Shown one piece after another: positions 1-7,836 of a stretch of DNA of 19,543 bases. Made by a program: the position numbers and the translations under genes. Position 1 is the first letter of the stretch. Each line of letters starts with the position of its first letter. Below the pieces are notes generated by a model. That model searched no databases. It saw nothing but the letters and a program-made list of their open reading frames with translations, and was not told where the DNA came from. Source of the stretch: Desulfurella sp. Lineage in GTDB: Bacteria; Campylobacterota_A; Desulfurellia; Desulfurellales; Desulfurellaceae. The DNA is taken from NCBI GenBank assembly GCA_031960885.1, contig JAVRLY010000024.1, forward strand, positions 1 to 19,543, read 5' to 3'.

Positions 1-419
1 AAATGCATACCAATTACTTTGTCTGGCCTTTTGGTTTGAAAACCAAGCTTCGTTATTGATATAGAAGAAGTGTTTGAAGCAATGATAGAGCCCTCTTTTA
101 CAATAGAATCAAGTTTTGAAAAAAGCTCAAGCTTTAGCGCTTCATTTTCTGGCGATGCTTCAATACAAAAATCAACATCTGAAACATCATTTAGATTTAG
201 CGTGGTTTTTATGTTGTTTAGCGTGCTTTGTATCTGAGTTTCTTGTATGACATTCTTTTTCGCCTGTCGTTTTAAATTCTCCTCTATTGTTTTTAGCGCT
301 TTATCAAGCTGGGCTACAGATACATCGTACAATACTACAGAGTAATTGTTTAGCGCAAACGCATGCGCAATGCCGTTTCCCATCTGACCTGCGCCTACTA
401 CACCTACCTTTTTAATCAT
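1..419 (-). CDS. hbd: 3-hydroxybutyryl-CoA / 3-hydroxyacyl-CoA dehydrogenase, N-terminal part (runs off the window edge; absent from the ORF track)
   Basis: Manual translation from ATG at 419: MIKKVGVVGAGQMGNGIAHAFA...CIEASPENEALK...IIASNTSSISIT...IGMHF. Has GxGxMGxGIA Rossmann, SNTS and GMHF motifs. SD GGAGGT at 425-430. Confidence 0.95.
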   Translation of the reverse strand, partial: MIKKVGVVGAGQMGNGIAHAFALNNYSVVLYDVSVAQLDKALKTIEENLKRQAKKNVIQETQIQSTLNNIKTTLNLNDVSDVDFCIEASPENEALKLELFSKLDSIVKEGSIIASNTSSISITKLGFQTKRPDKVIGMH

Positions 420-446
420 TTTTTACCTCCTTTGCTCAAACATTGC

Positions 447-1622
447 TTATACATTTTCAAAGATAGCCGATACAGCTTCGCCACCACCAATGCACAGTGT
501 TGCAAGACCGTATTTAGCATTTTGTCTTTTCATCTGTTTGACAAGCGTTGCAACTAATCTTCCACCGCTTGCGCCAATTGGATGGCCTATGGATACTGCT
601 CCTCCATTGACATTTACCTTGTTTATATCAATGCCTAACTCTTTGATAGCTACCAATACCACCACTGCAAATGCTTCATTAATTTCAAATAGATCAATAT
701 CTTCAAGCTTTAAATTCGCCTTTTGTAAGACTTTTGAGATTGCGCCAACGGGTGCTTCGGGAAACTGTTTTGGGGGCAAACTGTTTGTAGCGTATGCTAC
801 GAGTCGGGCAAGAGGCTTTAAATTGTACTTTTTTATAGCATTTTCGCTAGCCAAAATACACAAAGCTGCACCATCTGAAATCGTTGAAGAATTAGCAGCT
901 GTTACTGTTCCATCTTTTACAAAAGCGCCTTTTAGTGTAGAAACCTTTTCAAACACAACTTTGTATGGGTCTTCATCTTTATCAATGACCCTATCAACTT
1001 TTTTGTCTTTTATCGTAATAGGTGTTATTTCATCATTAAATACACCTTCTTCTGTAGCTTTTTGTGATAATTTGTATGACCTTATTGCATATTCATCCTG
1101 TTGCTCTCGTGTAATTGAGTGCTTTTTCGCAATCTCTTCAGCAATTACACCCATATGAATATTGTCATATGGATCCCATAATCCATCAAAAATCATATCA
1201 TCTACCAAATTTCCATTACCCATTCGGTAACCAAATCTTGCATTTTTTAAAACATATGGAGCTTTGGACATATTTTCTGCACCACCGGCAAGAACAATAT
1301 TGCTATCTCCCAATTTAATAGAGCCAGCACCAAGCATAATAGCCTTTAAGCCTGAGCCGCAAACTTTGTTTATTGTCATTGCATGGACTTTGTATGGAAG
1401 ATTTGCATAAATCATTGCCTGTCTTGCAGGCGCTTGCCCTACACCACAATTTAATACTTCACCCATAATTATTTCATCAATATCGTCACCTCCAAGATTT
1501 GTTCGCCTAAGCAGCTCTTTTATTACTTCACTAGCCAAAACTGGCGCTTCAATATCAGCCAATGCCCCACCAAAAGACCCAAAAGGCGTTCGCAGTGCTT
1601 CAATTACATACACATCTTGCAT
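447..1622 (-). CDS. Acetyl-CoA C-acetyltransferase (thiolase)
   Basis: RTPFG, NKVCGSG (catalytic Cys), NEAF, GHPIGASG and LCIGGG motifs. SD AAGGAGG upstream. Confidence 0.97.
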   Translation of the reverse strand: MQDVYVIEALRTPFGSFGGALADIEAPVLASEVIKELLRRTNLGGDDIDEIIMGEVLNCGVGQAPARQAMIYANLPYKVHAMTINKVCGSGLKAIMLGAGSIKLGDSNIVLAGGAENMSKAPYVLKNARFGYRMGNGNLVDDMIFDGLWDPYDNIHMGVIAEEIAKKHSITREQQDEYAIRSYKLSQKATEEGVFNDEITPITIKDKKVDRVIDKDEDPYKVVFEKVSTLKGAFVKDGTVTAANSSTISDGAALCILASENAIKKYNLKPLARLVAYATNSLPPKQFPEAPVGAISKVLQKANLKLEDIDLFEINEAFAVVVLVAIKELGIDINKVNVNGGAVSIGHPIGASGGRLVATLVKQMKRQNAKYGLATLCIGGGEAVSAIFENV

Positions 1623-1652
1623 AAAACCTCCTTAAACTCCTAATTTATTTAT

Positions 1653-1681
1653 ATTATAACCTTATCGAAAAGTCTTATCAC
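1653..1681 (-). promoter_or_regulatory. Putative sigma70 promoter for thiolase-hbd
   Basis: Minus strand GTGATA (1681-1676), 17-nt spacer, TATAAT (1658-1653). Confidence 0.5.
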
Positions 1682-1805
1682 AGGTATTGCACCTCAAGTA
1701 TAAACAATAATTATTTGGCATTACAAAAAATCTAGAATAATTTTGAAATGATTTTACTTCCCAAAGGAATACATCGTTTTTTATGCTTGTTTTAATTTTA
1801 TCCAT
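1662..1805 (-). CDS. Uncalled small protein, 47 aa: MDKIKTSIKNDVFLWEVKSFQNYSRFFVMPNNYCLYLRCNTCDKTFR
   Basis: Open frame from ATG (1805) to TAA (1662), preceded by AAAGGGGAGGTGTT and a good promoter. C-x4-C-x2-C at the C-terminus. Confidence 0.55.
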   Translation of the reverse strand: MDKIKTSIKNDVFLWEVKSFQNYSRFFVMPNNYCLYLRCNTCDKTFR

Positions 1806-1836
1806 AACACCTCCCCTTTACGTTAGTTTTATATAA

Positions 1837-1865
1837 AAACTAACACAAAGAGGAGAAAATGTCAA
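1837..1865 (-). promoter_or_regulatory. Putative sigma70 promoter upstream of the 47-aa ORF
   Basis: TTGACA (1865-1860), 17-nt spacer ending in TGt, TAGTTT (1842-1837). Overlaps the 9-bp inverted repeat GTTAGTTTT-atata-AAAACTAAC (1822-1844). Confidence 0.6.
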
Positions 1866-1883
1866 GTATAATTTAATAATAAT

Positions 1884-2795
1884 TTATTTAGTTAATTTAC
1901 TTGTTAATACTGGAACAAATTCCATTAGATCAGCTACCACAAACACGTCCGCTGCTTCTCCAATAGGAGCATCTTTATCTTTATTAATAGCAACTATGAA
2001 ATTCGACTTTTTCATACCCGCTAAGTGTTGAATAGCACCAGATATACCGCAAGCAACATATAGTTTTGGCGACACTGTTTGTCCTGTTGTTCCAACTTGA
2101 TAACTTTCATCAAGCCAACCTGCATCCACTACCGGTCTTGATGCGCCAAGTTCTCCTTTTAATGCTTTTGCAAGGTTTTTTACAACTTCGATATTTTCCT
2201 TTTTCCCTACGCCTCTACCAGCCGATACTATAATTTCAGCTTTTGTTAAATCAACACCTGTTTTTTCTGCCACCTCATAGCCTTCAAACTGTAATCTATC
2301 ATCTGGGTTTATTTCATTAACAGACTCAATTTGTGCATTGCCAGATTTAAATGTTGCAAATGCTCCAGATTGAAGCGTTAGAACAACTTTTTGACTATTT
2401 GCTTTCACTCTTCTCCTCAGCTTCGCATTACAAAATGGCATTATATAGTTGTCATCAATAGCATCTATAATTTCTGAGATCAAAGCTGCATTTAAAGCTA
2501 CAGATAATCTTGGGGCTAAATCCCAACCATATGATGAATGACTGAATACAATTATATCGGGATTTTCTTTTTCAACAACATTTATAATTAAATCCTTGTG
2601 TACTTTTGGATTATAGTCTTTTGCCTTGTTAATATCGGCTATATACACCTTGCCATCGTACTCTAATTTAGAATCAAGAGGTGCAACTACAAATCCAACT
2701 GTTTCTGAGCCAATTTTTTTGGAAAACCCAACAAGTTCATAAAAAGACTCATCTATGTGTCCATTTTTGTATTCACCAATTAAAAGCGCCTTCAT
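1884..2795 (-). CDS. etfA: Electron transfer flavoprotein alpha subunit
   Basis: FAD-binding motifs VSAGRG, GASRPVVD, QVGTTG, YVACGISGAIQHLAGM and AINKDKDAPI. Confidence 0.97.
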   Translation of the reverse strand: MKALLIGEYKNGHIDESFYELVGFSKKIGSETVGFVVAPLDSKLEYDGKVYIADINKAKDYNPKVHKDLIINVVEKENPDIIVFSHSSYGWDLAPRLSVALNAALISEIIDAIDDNYIMPFCNAKLRRRVKANSQKVVLTLQSGAFATFKSGNAQIESVNEINPDDRLQFEGYEVAEKTGVDLTKAEIIVSAGRGVGKKENIEVVKNLAKALKGELGASRPVVDAGWLDESYQVGTTGQTVSPKLYVACGISGAIQHLAGMKKSNFIVAINKDKDAPIGEAADVFVVADLMEFVPVLTSKLTK

Positions 2796-2805
2796 TTTAT
2801 ACCTC

Positions 2806-3579
2806 CTACCTTAAAACCTGTGTTTTTTCTTTGAGTATGTTGATTAATTGATCAGCCATTTCATCCACTTTTCCTTCAAGCACTATAGAGCCTTTTTTCT
2901 TTTCTGGCACAAAAACCTCTAGATTTATAACCCTCGGTTCTTCATTTAAGAGTTCACTCACATTTATAGTGTTTAATTCTTTCTTTTTTGCTTTCATTAT
3001 ATTTGGCAATGTGGGATACCTTACAGTGTTTAAACCAAGCTGGCAGGTCAAAACAATAGGCGTTTTAGCAGATACTTTTGCTTTGATTCCGCCTTCTAAT
3101 TCTCTTTTTACATTTACTTTTCCATCCACATATTCAAAACTCACAATTGTAGTCACGCAATTATAACCTAAAAGTTCAGACACAATAGGCCCAACTGCAG
3201 CAGAACCCCTATCTTGCGATTGCATACCTAGAAAAATAATATCAAAACTTTTATCCTTAGCATAATTTGCTATGATAGAAGCTATTTGAAACGAATCTTT
3301 TTTTTGAGGTTCATTATCTAGTACATGAACTCCTTTATCTGCACCAATAGCCAAAGCCTTTCTAATAGCTTCTTTTGTGCGCTCAGGACCAATAGAAAGG
3401 ACTGTAATTTCTGTATTGGCTAATTTTTCTTTAAGTCTGACTGCTTCTTCCACTGCATATTCATCGTATTCGTTGATTTTGAAAGTTAAATCAGACTGTT
3501 CATACCACTGTTTGTCATTTGAAATTTTAAATTTAGATTCCATATCTGGAACCTGCTTGATACACACCAAAACATTCAT
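2806..3579 (-). CDS. etfB: Electron transfer flavoprotein beta subunit
   Basis: VCIKQVPD start, INEYDEYAVEEA, GMQSQDRG and RYPTLPNIMKAKKK motifs. SD AAGGAGG. Confidence 0.97.
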   Translation of the reverse strand: MNVLVCIKQVPDMESKFKISNDKQWYEQSDLTFKINEYDEYAVEEAVRLKEKLANTEITVLSIGPERTKEAIRKALAIGADKGVHVLDNEPQKKDSFQIASIIANYAKDKSFDIIFLGMQSQDRGSAAVGPIVSELLGYNCVTTIVSFEYVDGKVNVKRELEGGIKAKVSAKTPIVLTCQLGLNTVRYPTLPNIMKAKKKELNTINVSELLNEEPRVINLEVFVPEKKKGSIVLEGKVDEMADQLINILKEKTQVLR

Positions 3580-3629
3580 ACTAACCTCCTTTTAAGAAAA
3601 AATTACTTAATTAAAATATTAACACTGAT

Positions 3630-3657
3630 ATTCTATCAATATTTACGTAAATGTCAA
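3630..3657 (-). promoter_or_regulatory. etfBA promoter with an overlapping LiuR-like operator
   Basis: TTGACA (3657-3652), 16-nt spacer, extended -10 TGa-TAGAAT (3635-3630). Perfect palindrome ATTTACGTAAAT at 3641-3652. Confidence 0.7.
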
Positions 3658-3680
3658 GTATAAATTTATTCATTTTTCTA

Positions 3681-3714
3681 TTGACAAACTAAATTTAATT
3701 TGATAAATATAAAT
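3681..3714 (+). promoter_or_regulatory. Putative promoter of the merR operon
   Basis: TTGACA at 3681-3686 followed by an imperfect -10 region (TGa-TAAATA at 17 nt). Confidence 0.4.
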
Positions 3715-3743
3715 GATGATTTTTAACGTAATGGTGAGTAAAG

Positions 3744-4148
3744 ATGAACAATATTAACAATGAAGAATATTTTCAGATTGGAGAGGTTTCGAAGAAACTC
3801 AACATAACACCAAGAACAATTAGATATTATGAAGAATTTGGTTTACTTGATCCCCCGTTGCGTATAGAAAATGGCATAAGATTATATTCCAATGAAGATA
3901 TAAGACGCATAAAATTTATTTTAAAATTGAAAGAATTAGGTTTAACACTAAAAGAAATGCTAGAGCTTACAGATATTTACAATCAACATAAGCAATCGAT
4001 AGCTATTATGCCAAAACTTATTGAAATATTAGACAACCATATAGATAAAATCGACAGTAGAATTTCAAAATTAGCCTCTTTAAGAAATGATATAGTTGAA
4101 TACAGAAAACGAATTCTAACGCTCATAGATCAAAATAAAGTTAAATAG
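3744..4148 (+). CDS. MerR-family transcriptional regulator (LiuR-like)
   Basis: IGEVSKKLNITPRTIRYYEEFGLL...RLYS...LGLTLKEM winged HTH plus coiled coil. No Cys, so unlikely to be a metal sensor. Divergent from etf/thiolase genes. Confidence 0.92.
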   Translation: MNNINNEEYFQIGEVSKKLNITPRTIRYYEEFGLLDPPLRIENGIRLYSNEDIRRIKFILKLKELGLTLKEMLELTDIYNQHKQSIAIMPKLIEILDNHIDKIDSRISKLASLRNDIVEYRKRILTLIDQNKVK

Positions 4149-4160
4149 GAGGTTTTGTAA

Positions 4161-4721
4161 ATGAAAAAGGTACTTTTAACAGTCTTGTGTCTATTTTTTC
4201 TATCAAAGGTAGCTTTGGCTATAGATGTAGACGGTGTAAACGTTAAAGATAGCATAACAATTGACTCTAAGCAACTGCAGTTAAATGGCTATGGCATAAG
4301 GCACTATAGTTTTTTAGGAATAAAAATCTATGTTGGAGCATTATATACACAGACAAAAGTAAATACAACTCAACAGTTACTTTCTTCAAAACAAAATAAA
4401 GCTATCGCGATGTATTTTCTATACCCAAATGTGAGCAAAGATAAGATTGTAGGCGCTTTTAAAGATGGTTTTAAAGATAATTATCCATCAATTCTCAATA
4501 CAAATGAAGAAAAAAGATTTTTAAGTTTTTTCACGCATGGAGTTAAAAAGGGCGATAGCATAAAATTGGTTTTGCTTGAAAATGGCCTAACTCAAATATA
4601 TGAAAACGACTCTCTCATTGGACAAATTGAATCTCCAGAGCTTCAAAAAGCCATTATAATGGTTTATTTTGGCCCAAATCCACCAGATAAATCCATGAAA
4701 GAAGGCATGCTTGGCAAATGA
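4161..4721 (+). CDS. Secreted chalcone-isomerase-like (CHI-fold) protein
   Basis: Signal peptide ending ALA. LQLNGYGIR, KIYVGALY and C-terminal YFGPNPPDKSMKEGMLG are typical of the bacterial chalcone isomerase-like family. SD AGGAGG. Confidence 0.85.
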   Translation: MKKVLLTVLCLFFLSKVALAIDVDGVNVKDSITIDSKQLQLNGYGIRHYSFLGIKIYVGALYTQTKVNTTQQLLSSKQNKAIAMYFLYPNVSKDKIVGAFKDGFKDNYPSILNTNEEKRFLSFFTHGVKKGDSIKLVLLENGLTQIYENDSLIGQIESPELQKAIIMVYFGPNPPDKSMKEGMLGK

Positions 4722-5098
4722 TTGTAGAAATTCAAAAACGATTTAGTGACTTTGATATGTATGGCCATGTAAATAGCGCGGTGTATTTCTCTTATTTTGA
4801 ATATGCACGTACTATAGCATTAGGTGAGTTTTTTGAAAAAATCATGGATAATATATGGTTTGTTGTTGCCAAGCAGAGTTGCGAATATTTAAAGCCAATA
4901 CTATTTCAAGATAAAGTCGTGATTGATTTAAAAGTAATAAAAATCGGTAAATCAAGCTTTGATATCGAATATATTGTAAAAAATGATTATGAAGTCTTTG
5001 CAAAAGGACTAAGTACGATAGTAGCTATCGATAAATATTCTAAAAAAGCCACACCTCTTAGTAAAGATATACTCAATTATTTGTCAAACCTATCTTAA
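4718..5098 (+). CDS. Acyl-CoA thioesterase (4HBT / YbgC-FadM hotdog family)
   Basis: RFSDFDMYGHVNSAVYFSYFEYAR motif. ATGA overlap with the upstream gene. Confidence 0.93.
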   Translation: MIVEIQKRFSDFDMYGHVNSAVYFSYFEYARTIALGEFFEKIMDNIWFVVAKQSCEYLKPILFQDKVVIDLKVIKIGKSSFDIEYIVKNDYEVFAKGLSTIVAIDKYSKKATPLSKDILNYLSNLS

Positions 5099-5102
5099 GC
5101 AA

Positions 5103-5135
5103 ATGCAAAACCTTACAATGTTTAAGGTTTTGCAT
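5103..5135. terminator. Probable bidirectional terminator hairpin
   Basis: Perfect 13-bp stem ATGCAAAACCTTA / TAAGGTTTTGCAT with a 7-nt loop, between the convergent thioesterase and mazG stops. Confidence 0.8.
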
Positions 5136-5138
5136 GAT

Positions 5139-5885
5139 TTATTCTAAATTTTTAGATTCTTCCCATAATTTGTTTAGTAAATCACTTGGAGCATTATTGA
5201 AGTCGCTTCCTAGTTTGTTTTCTATATACTCGAATCTTTTTATAATCTTATCAATGGATAAATGCAGCGCTTCTTCTGGGTCTATATCAAAAAATCTTGC
5301 AAGGTTAACGATACTAAACATTACATCGCCAAACTCTTCATTTTTTTTAACCCCTATTGCCTTATTAAATTCATTTAATTCTTCAATAATCTTATTTTCA
5401 ATGCCATCTATACTGTCAAAATCTAAATCAACAGTTGACAATTTACGTTGAACTTTGTAAGCCCTAAAAAGAGCTGGCATCCTTTTTGGTATACCTTCAA
5501 GCAGCGATTTCCTATCTTTTTGCTTTATTTTATCCCATGCAGCTAAAACCTCACTTTGAGTATTGGCAACACTATTTCCAAATACATGTGGGTGGCGTTT
5601 AATTAACTTATTTATTAAGTTGTCTATCACATCCAAAATGCTAAATTCACCTTTTTGGGTTTTTATTACAGAATGAAAAATTACCTGCAATAAAACATCG
5701 CCTAACTCTTCGATGATTTTATGATTATCATCTTCTTCAAGTGCCTCAAATAATTCGTAAGCTTCTTCAATAAGGTTATTTTTAATAGACTCATTTGTCT
5801 GCTCTCTATCCCATGGACATTCTTTCCTTAGTCTTTCAATAATTTTTACAAGTTCGATAAATTTTATAGAAATTACATCACACAC
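5139..5885 (-). CDS. mazG: Nucleoside triphosphate pyrophosphohydrolase MazG (two domains)
   Basis: LRKECPWDREQT, EEAYE, EELGDVLLQV, KRHPHVF and second-domain EEFGDVMF motifs. GTG start with SD AGGAG. Confidence 0.96.
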   Translation of the reverse strand: MCDVISIKFIELVKIIERLRKECPWDREQTNESIKNNLIEEAYELFEALEEDDNHKIIEELGDVLLQVIFHSVIKTQKGEFSILDVIDNLINKLIKRHPHVFGNSVANTQSEVLAAWDKIKQKDRKSLLEGIPKRMPALFRAYKVQRKLSTVDLDFDSIDGIENKIIEELNEFNKAIGVKKNEEFGDVMFSIVNLARFFDIDPEEALHLSIDKIIKRFEYIENKLGSDFNNAPSDLLNKLWEESKNLE

Positions 5886-5936
5886 AATAGACTCCTACTT
5901 GACAAACAAATACTAATCTTATATGTATTATACACG

Positions 5937-7031
5937 ATGAAAGAAGAAATGGAAAATTTTTTAAAGTTAGTAGAGAAATTTTATCAAGGTGAAATTAATG
6001 ACTACTATTTATATTTACAACTATCAAAGACACAAAAAAATGAAGAATTAAAAACACGCTTGTATGAAATAGCGCAAATAGAAAAAAACCACTCTCTGTT
6101 TTGGAAAAAAATTGCCCAAAAACACAACTTTACAATAAATGATAAAATAAACACATTTAAAATAAAAATATCAGCCATTTTACAGCAGTTTTTATCTGCT
6201 ACAGTTATAGTTTCTTTATTAGAAGCAAGCGAAAATTCAACAATAAAAGAATACTATGAATTCCTTAAAAATGACTTTTTAAATGAAAAAGAAAAAATGA
6301 CCTTAAAAAACATAATCTTGGAAGAAATAGAACATGAAAGCATATTCAAAAAGGAATCACAAAAGCTTGGCGCAAACAATATTAGGGATTTTATACTTGG
6401 CATGAACGATGGTATAGTTGAAATTTTAGGGACTGTGGCTGGACTTAGCGCTGTATACCTAAACAATCCTTTTTTAGTTGGCATAAGCGGATCTATCGTA
6501 GGTATAGCAGGGGCACTTTCTATGGGTATTGGTGCATTTATTTCTGTCAGATCTCAAAGACAAATTGCTCAAAGCAAAAAAGAAAGAAACGAAATGCTCT
6601 TTAATGTAGCACCACACAGGGCATTTGAAGTACTAAAAGAAGATCTAATTGAATCTAATATAGATGAAAGTATTGCAAGCGAAATTACACAAAAATTACA
6701 CAATTCAAATGCCGATCTCTCAAAGTTTTTGTCCCAAGAAGTAGAAGAAAACGAATTTAAATCAGGTTTTTTTACAGCGCTAGCTTATCTTATTGGTGTT
6801 TTATTTCCCGTTACGCCATTTTTCATTTTCAACACATCTTTGTGGGCACTACCTTTTTCTATTTTATTTGCATTTATAGCTTTATCAAGCGTAGGTACTA
6901 CTGTGGCTATCGTGTCGGGCATTTCTATAAGGAAAAAAGTTTTTGAAATGGTAGCTTCGTCGTTTTTTGCAGCTGCGTTTGCTTATGGTTTTGGAAAGTT
7001 AGTGCAAATTGTGTTTCATATTAGTATCTGA
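5937..7031 (+). CDS. Ferritin/rubrerythrin-like domain fused to a VIT1/CCC1 transporter (MbfA-like iron exporter)
   Basis: N-terminal E...EKNH and E...EIEH di-iron pattern. RDFILGMNDG and AGALSMGIGAFIS are VIT1/CCC1 motifs. C-terminal TM helices. Confidence 0.9.
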   Translation: MKEEMENFLKLVEKFYQGEINDYYLYLQLSKTQKNEELKTRLYEIAQIEKNHSLFWKKIAQKHNFTINDKINTFKIKISAILQQFLSATVIVSLLEASENSTIKEYYEFLKNDFLNEKEKMTLKNIILEEIEHESIFKKESQKLGANNIRDFILGMNDGIVEILGTVAGLSAVYLNNPFLVGISGSIVGIAGALSMGIGAFISVRSQRQIAQSKKERNEMLFNVAPHRAFEVLKEDLIESNIDESIASEITQKLHNSNADLSKFLSQEVEENEFKSGFFTALAYLIGVLFPVTPFFIFNTSLWALPFSILFAFIALSSVGTTVAIVSGISIRKKVFEMVASSFFAAAFAYGFGKLVQIVFHISI

Positions 7032-7238
7032 TTGTTGTAATTCTAAGTAAGCATCATATGCATTTTTGCAATCTTGATTTTCATACATAATTGTGCCATA
7101 GTTTTGTTTACAATAATTTAATCTTTGCATGCATGTTTTTGGGTGTGATAGATAGTATTGTTTTGAATGATATTGGTTGCATCCACTAAGAAAAAAAGGT
7201 ACTATAATAAGCAAAGAAAATTTCAATTTTTTTACCAT
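6999..7238 (-). CDS. Small lipoprotein, EexN (entry exclusion)-like
   Basis: Lipobox LSGC (C20). Mature part SKQYYLSHP...RLNYC...DCKNAYDA resembles the EexN family pattern as recalled. Confidence 0.7.
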   Translation of the reverse strand: MVKKLKFSLLIIVPFFLSGCNQYHSKQYYLSHPKTCMQRLNYCKQNYGTIMYENQDCKNAYDAYLELQQSDTNMKHNLH

Positions 7239-7241
7239 ATT

Positions 7242-7823
7242 CTACTCTATTTCAACTAAATCATTTAAATCCAACACAATAGCACCCGCTATCAACATTT
7301 CGTTTACTGAATTTTGTTGTGATTGTTGTTCAACCGCTTTAGATGCATCGGATAAAAAAAATGTTGTATAGCCTAAATTAAGTGCTTCTAATATAGTAGC
7401 TCTAACACAATAATCTGTTGCAAGTCCTCCAATAAACAAACGCTTTATTTTTAATTTTTTCAAATGATTATCAAGGCCTGTTTCATCAAAACCAGAATAT
7501 GCGTCTTTTTCAGCTTTTGTTGCTTTGGAAATAACAATAGTACTTTTAGGCAAATTTAAGCCACCATAAAACATAGAGCCAAATGTATCTTGAACGCAGT
7601 GAACAGGCCATATGCCACCAAAATCTTTAAATGAAGAATGGTTTTTTGGGTGCCAATCCCTTGTAGCAAATATAGGCAAATTGTGCTTTTCAAATAAGTG
7701 TATATATTTATTGGCCACATCAATAATAGAACACGCATCTTTGATAGCTAAGCTTCCAATGCAAAAGTCATTTTGTATATCAACCAAAATTAGTGCATCT
7801 GCTTGTCCAATTGCTACTTTCAT
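7242..7823 (-). CDS. pncA: Nicotinamidase/pyrazinamidase
   Basis: LVDIQNDF, DWHPKNH, WPVHCV, SKA...YSGF and GLATDYCV motifs (Asp-Lys-Cys triad plus metal ligands). Confidence 0.95.
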   Translation of the reverse strand: MKVAIGQADALILVDIQNDFCIGSLAIKDACSIIDVANKYIHLFEKHNLPIFATRDWHPKNHSSFKDFGGIWPVHCVQDTFGSMFYGGLNLPKSTIVISKATKAEKDAYSGFDETGLDNHLKKLKIKRLFIGGLATDYCVRATILEALNLGYTTFFLSDASKAVEQQSQQNSVNEMLIAGAIVLDLNDLVEIE

Positions 7824-7836
7824 GCTTTTGCCTCAC

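Noticed and set aside
490..1158. 222-aa plus-strand ORF and other shadow ORFs (363, 1115, 2969, 3377, 5134, 6254, 7177, 7556, 7612, 9048, 9966, 10671, 11291, 11549, 13982, 14279, 14792, 15122, 18773, 19166)
   Set aside because: They are antisense or off-frame to well-supported genes and have no recognisable motifs.
5139..5885. mazG as part of the anti-defence module
   Set aside because: It is an ordinary two-domain housekeeping MazG, separated from the module by the oppositely oriented VIT1 gene.
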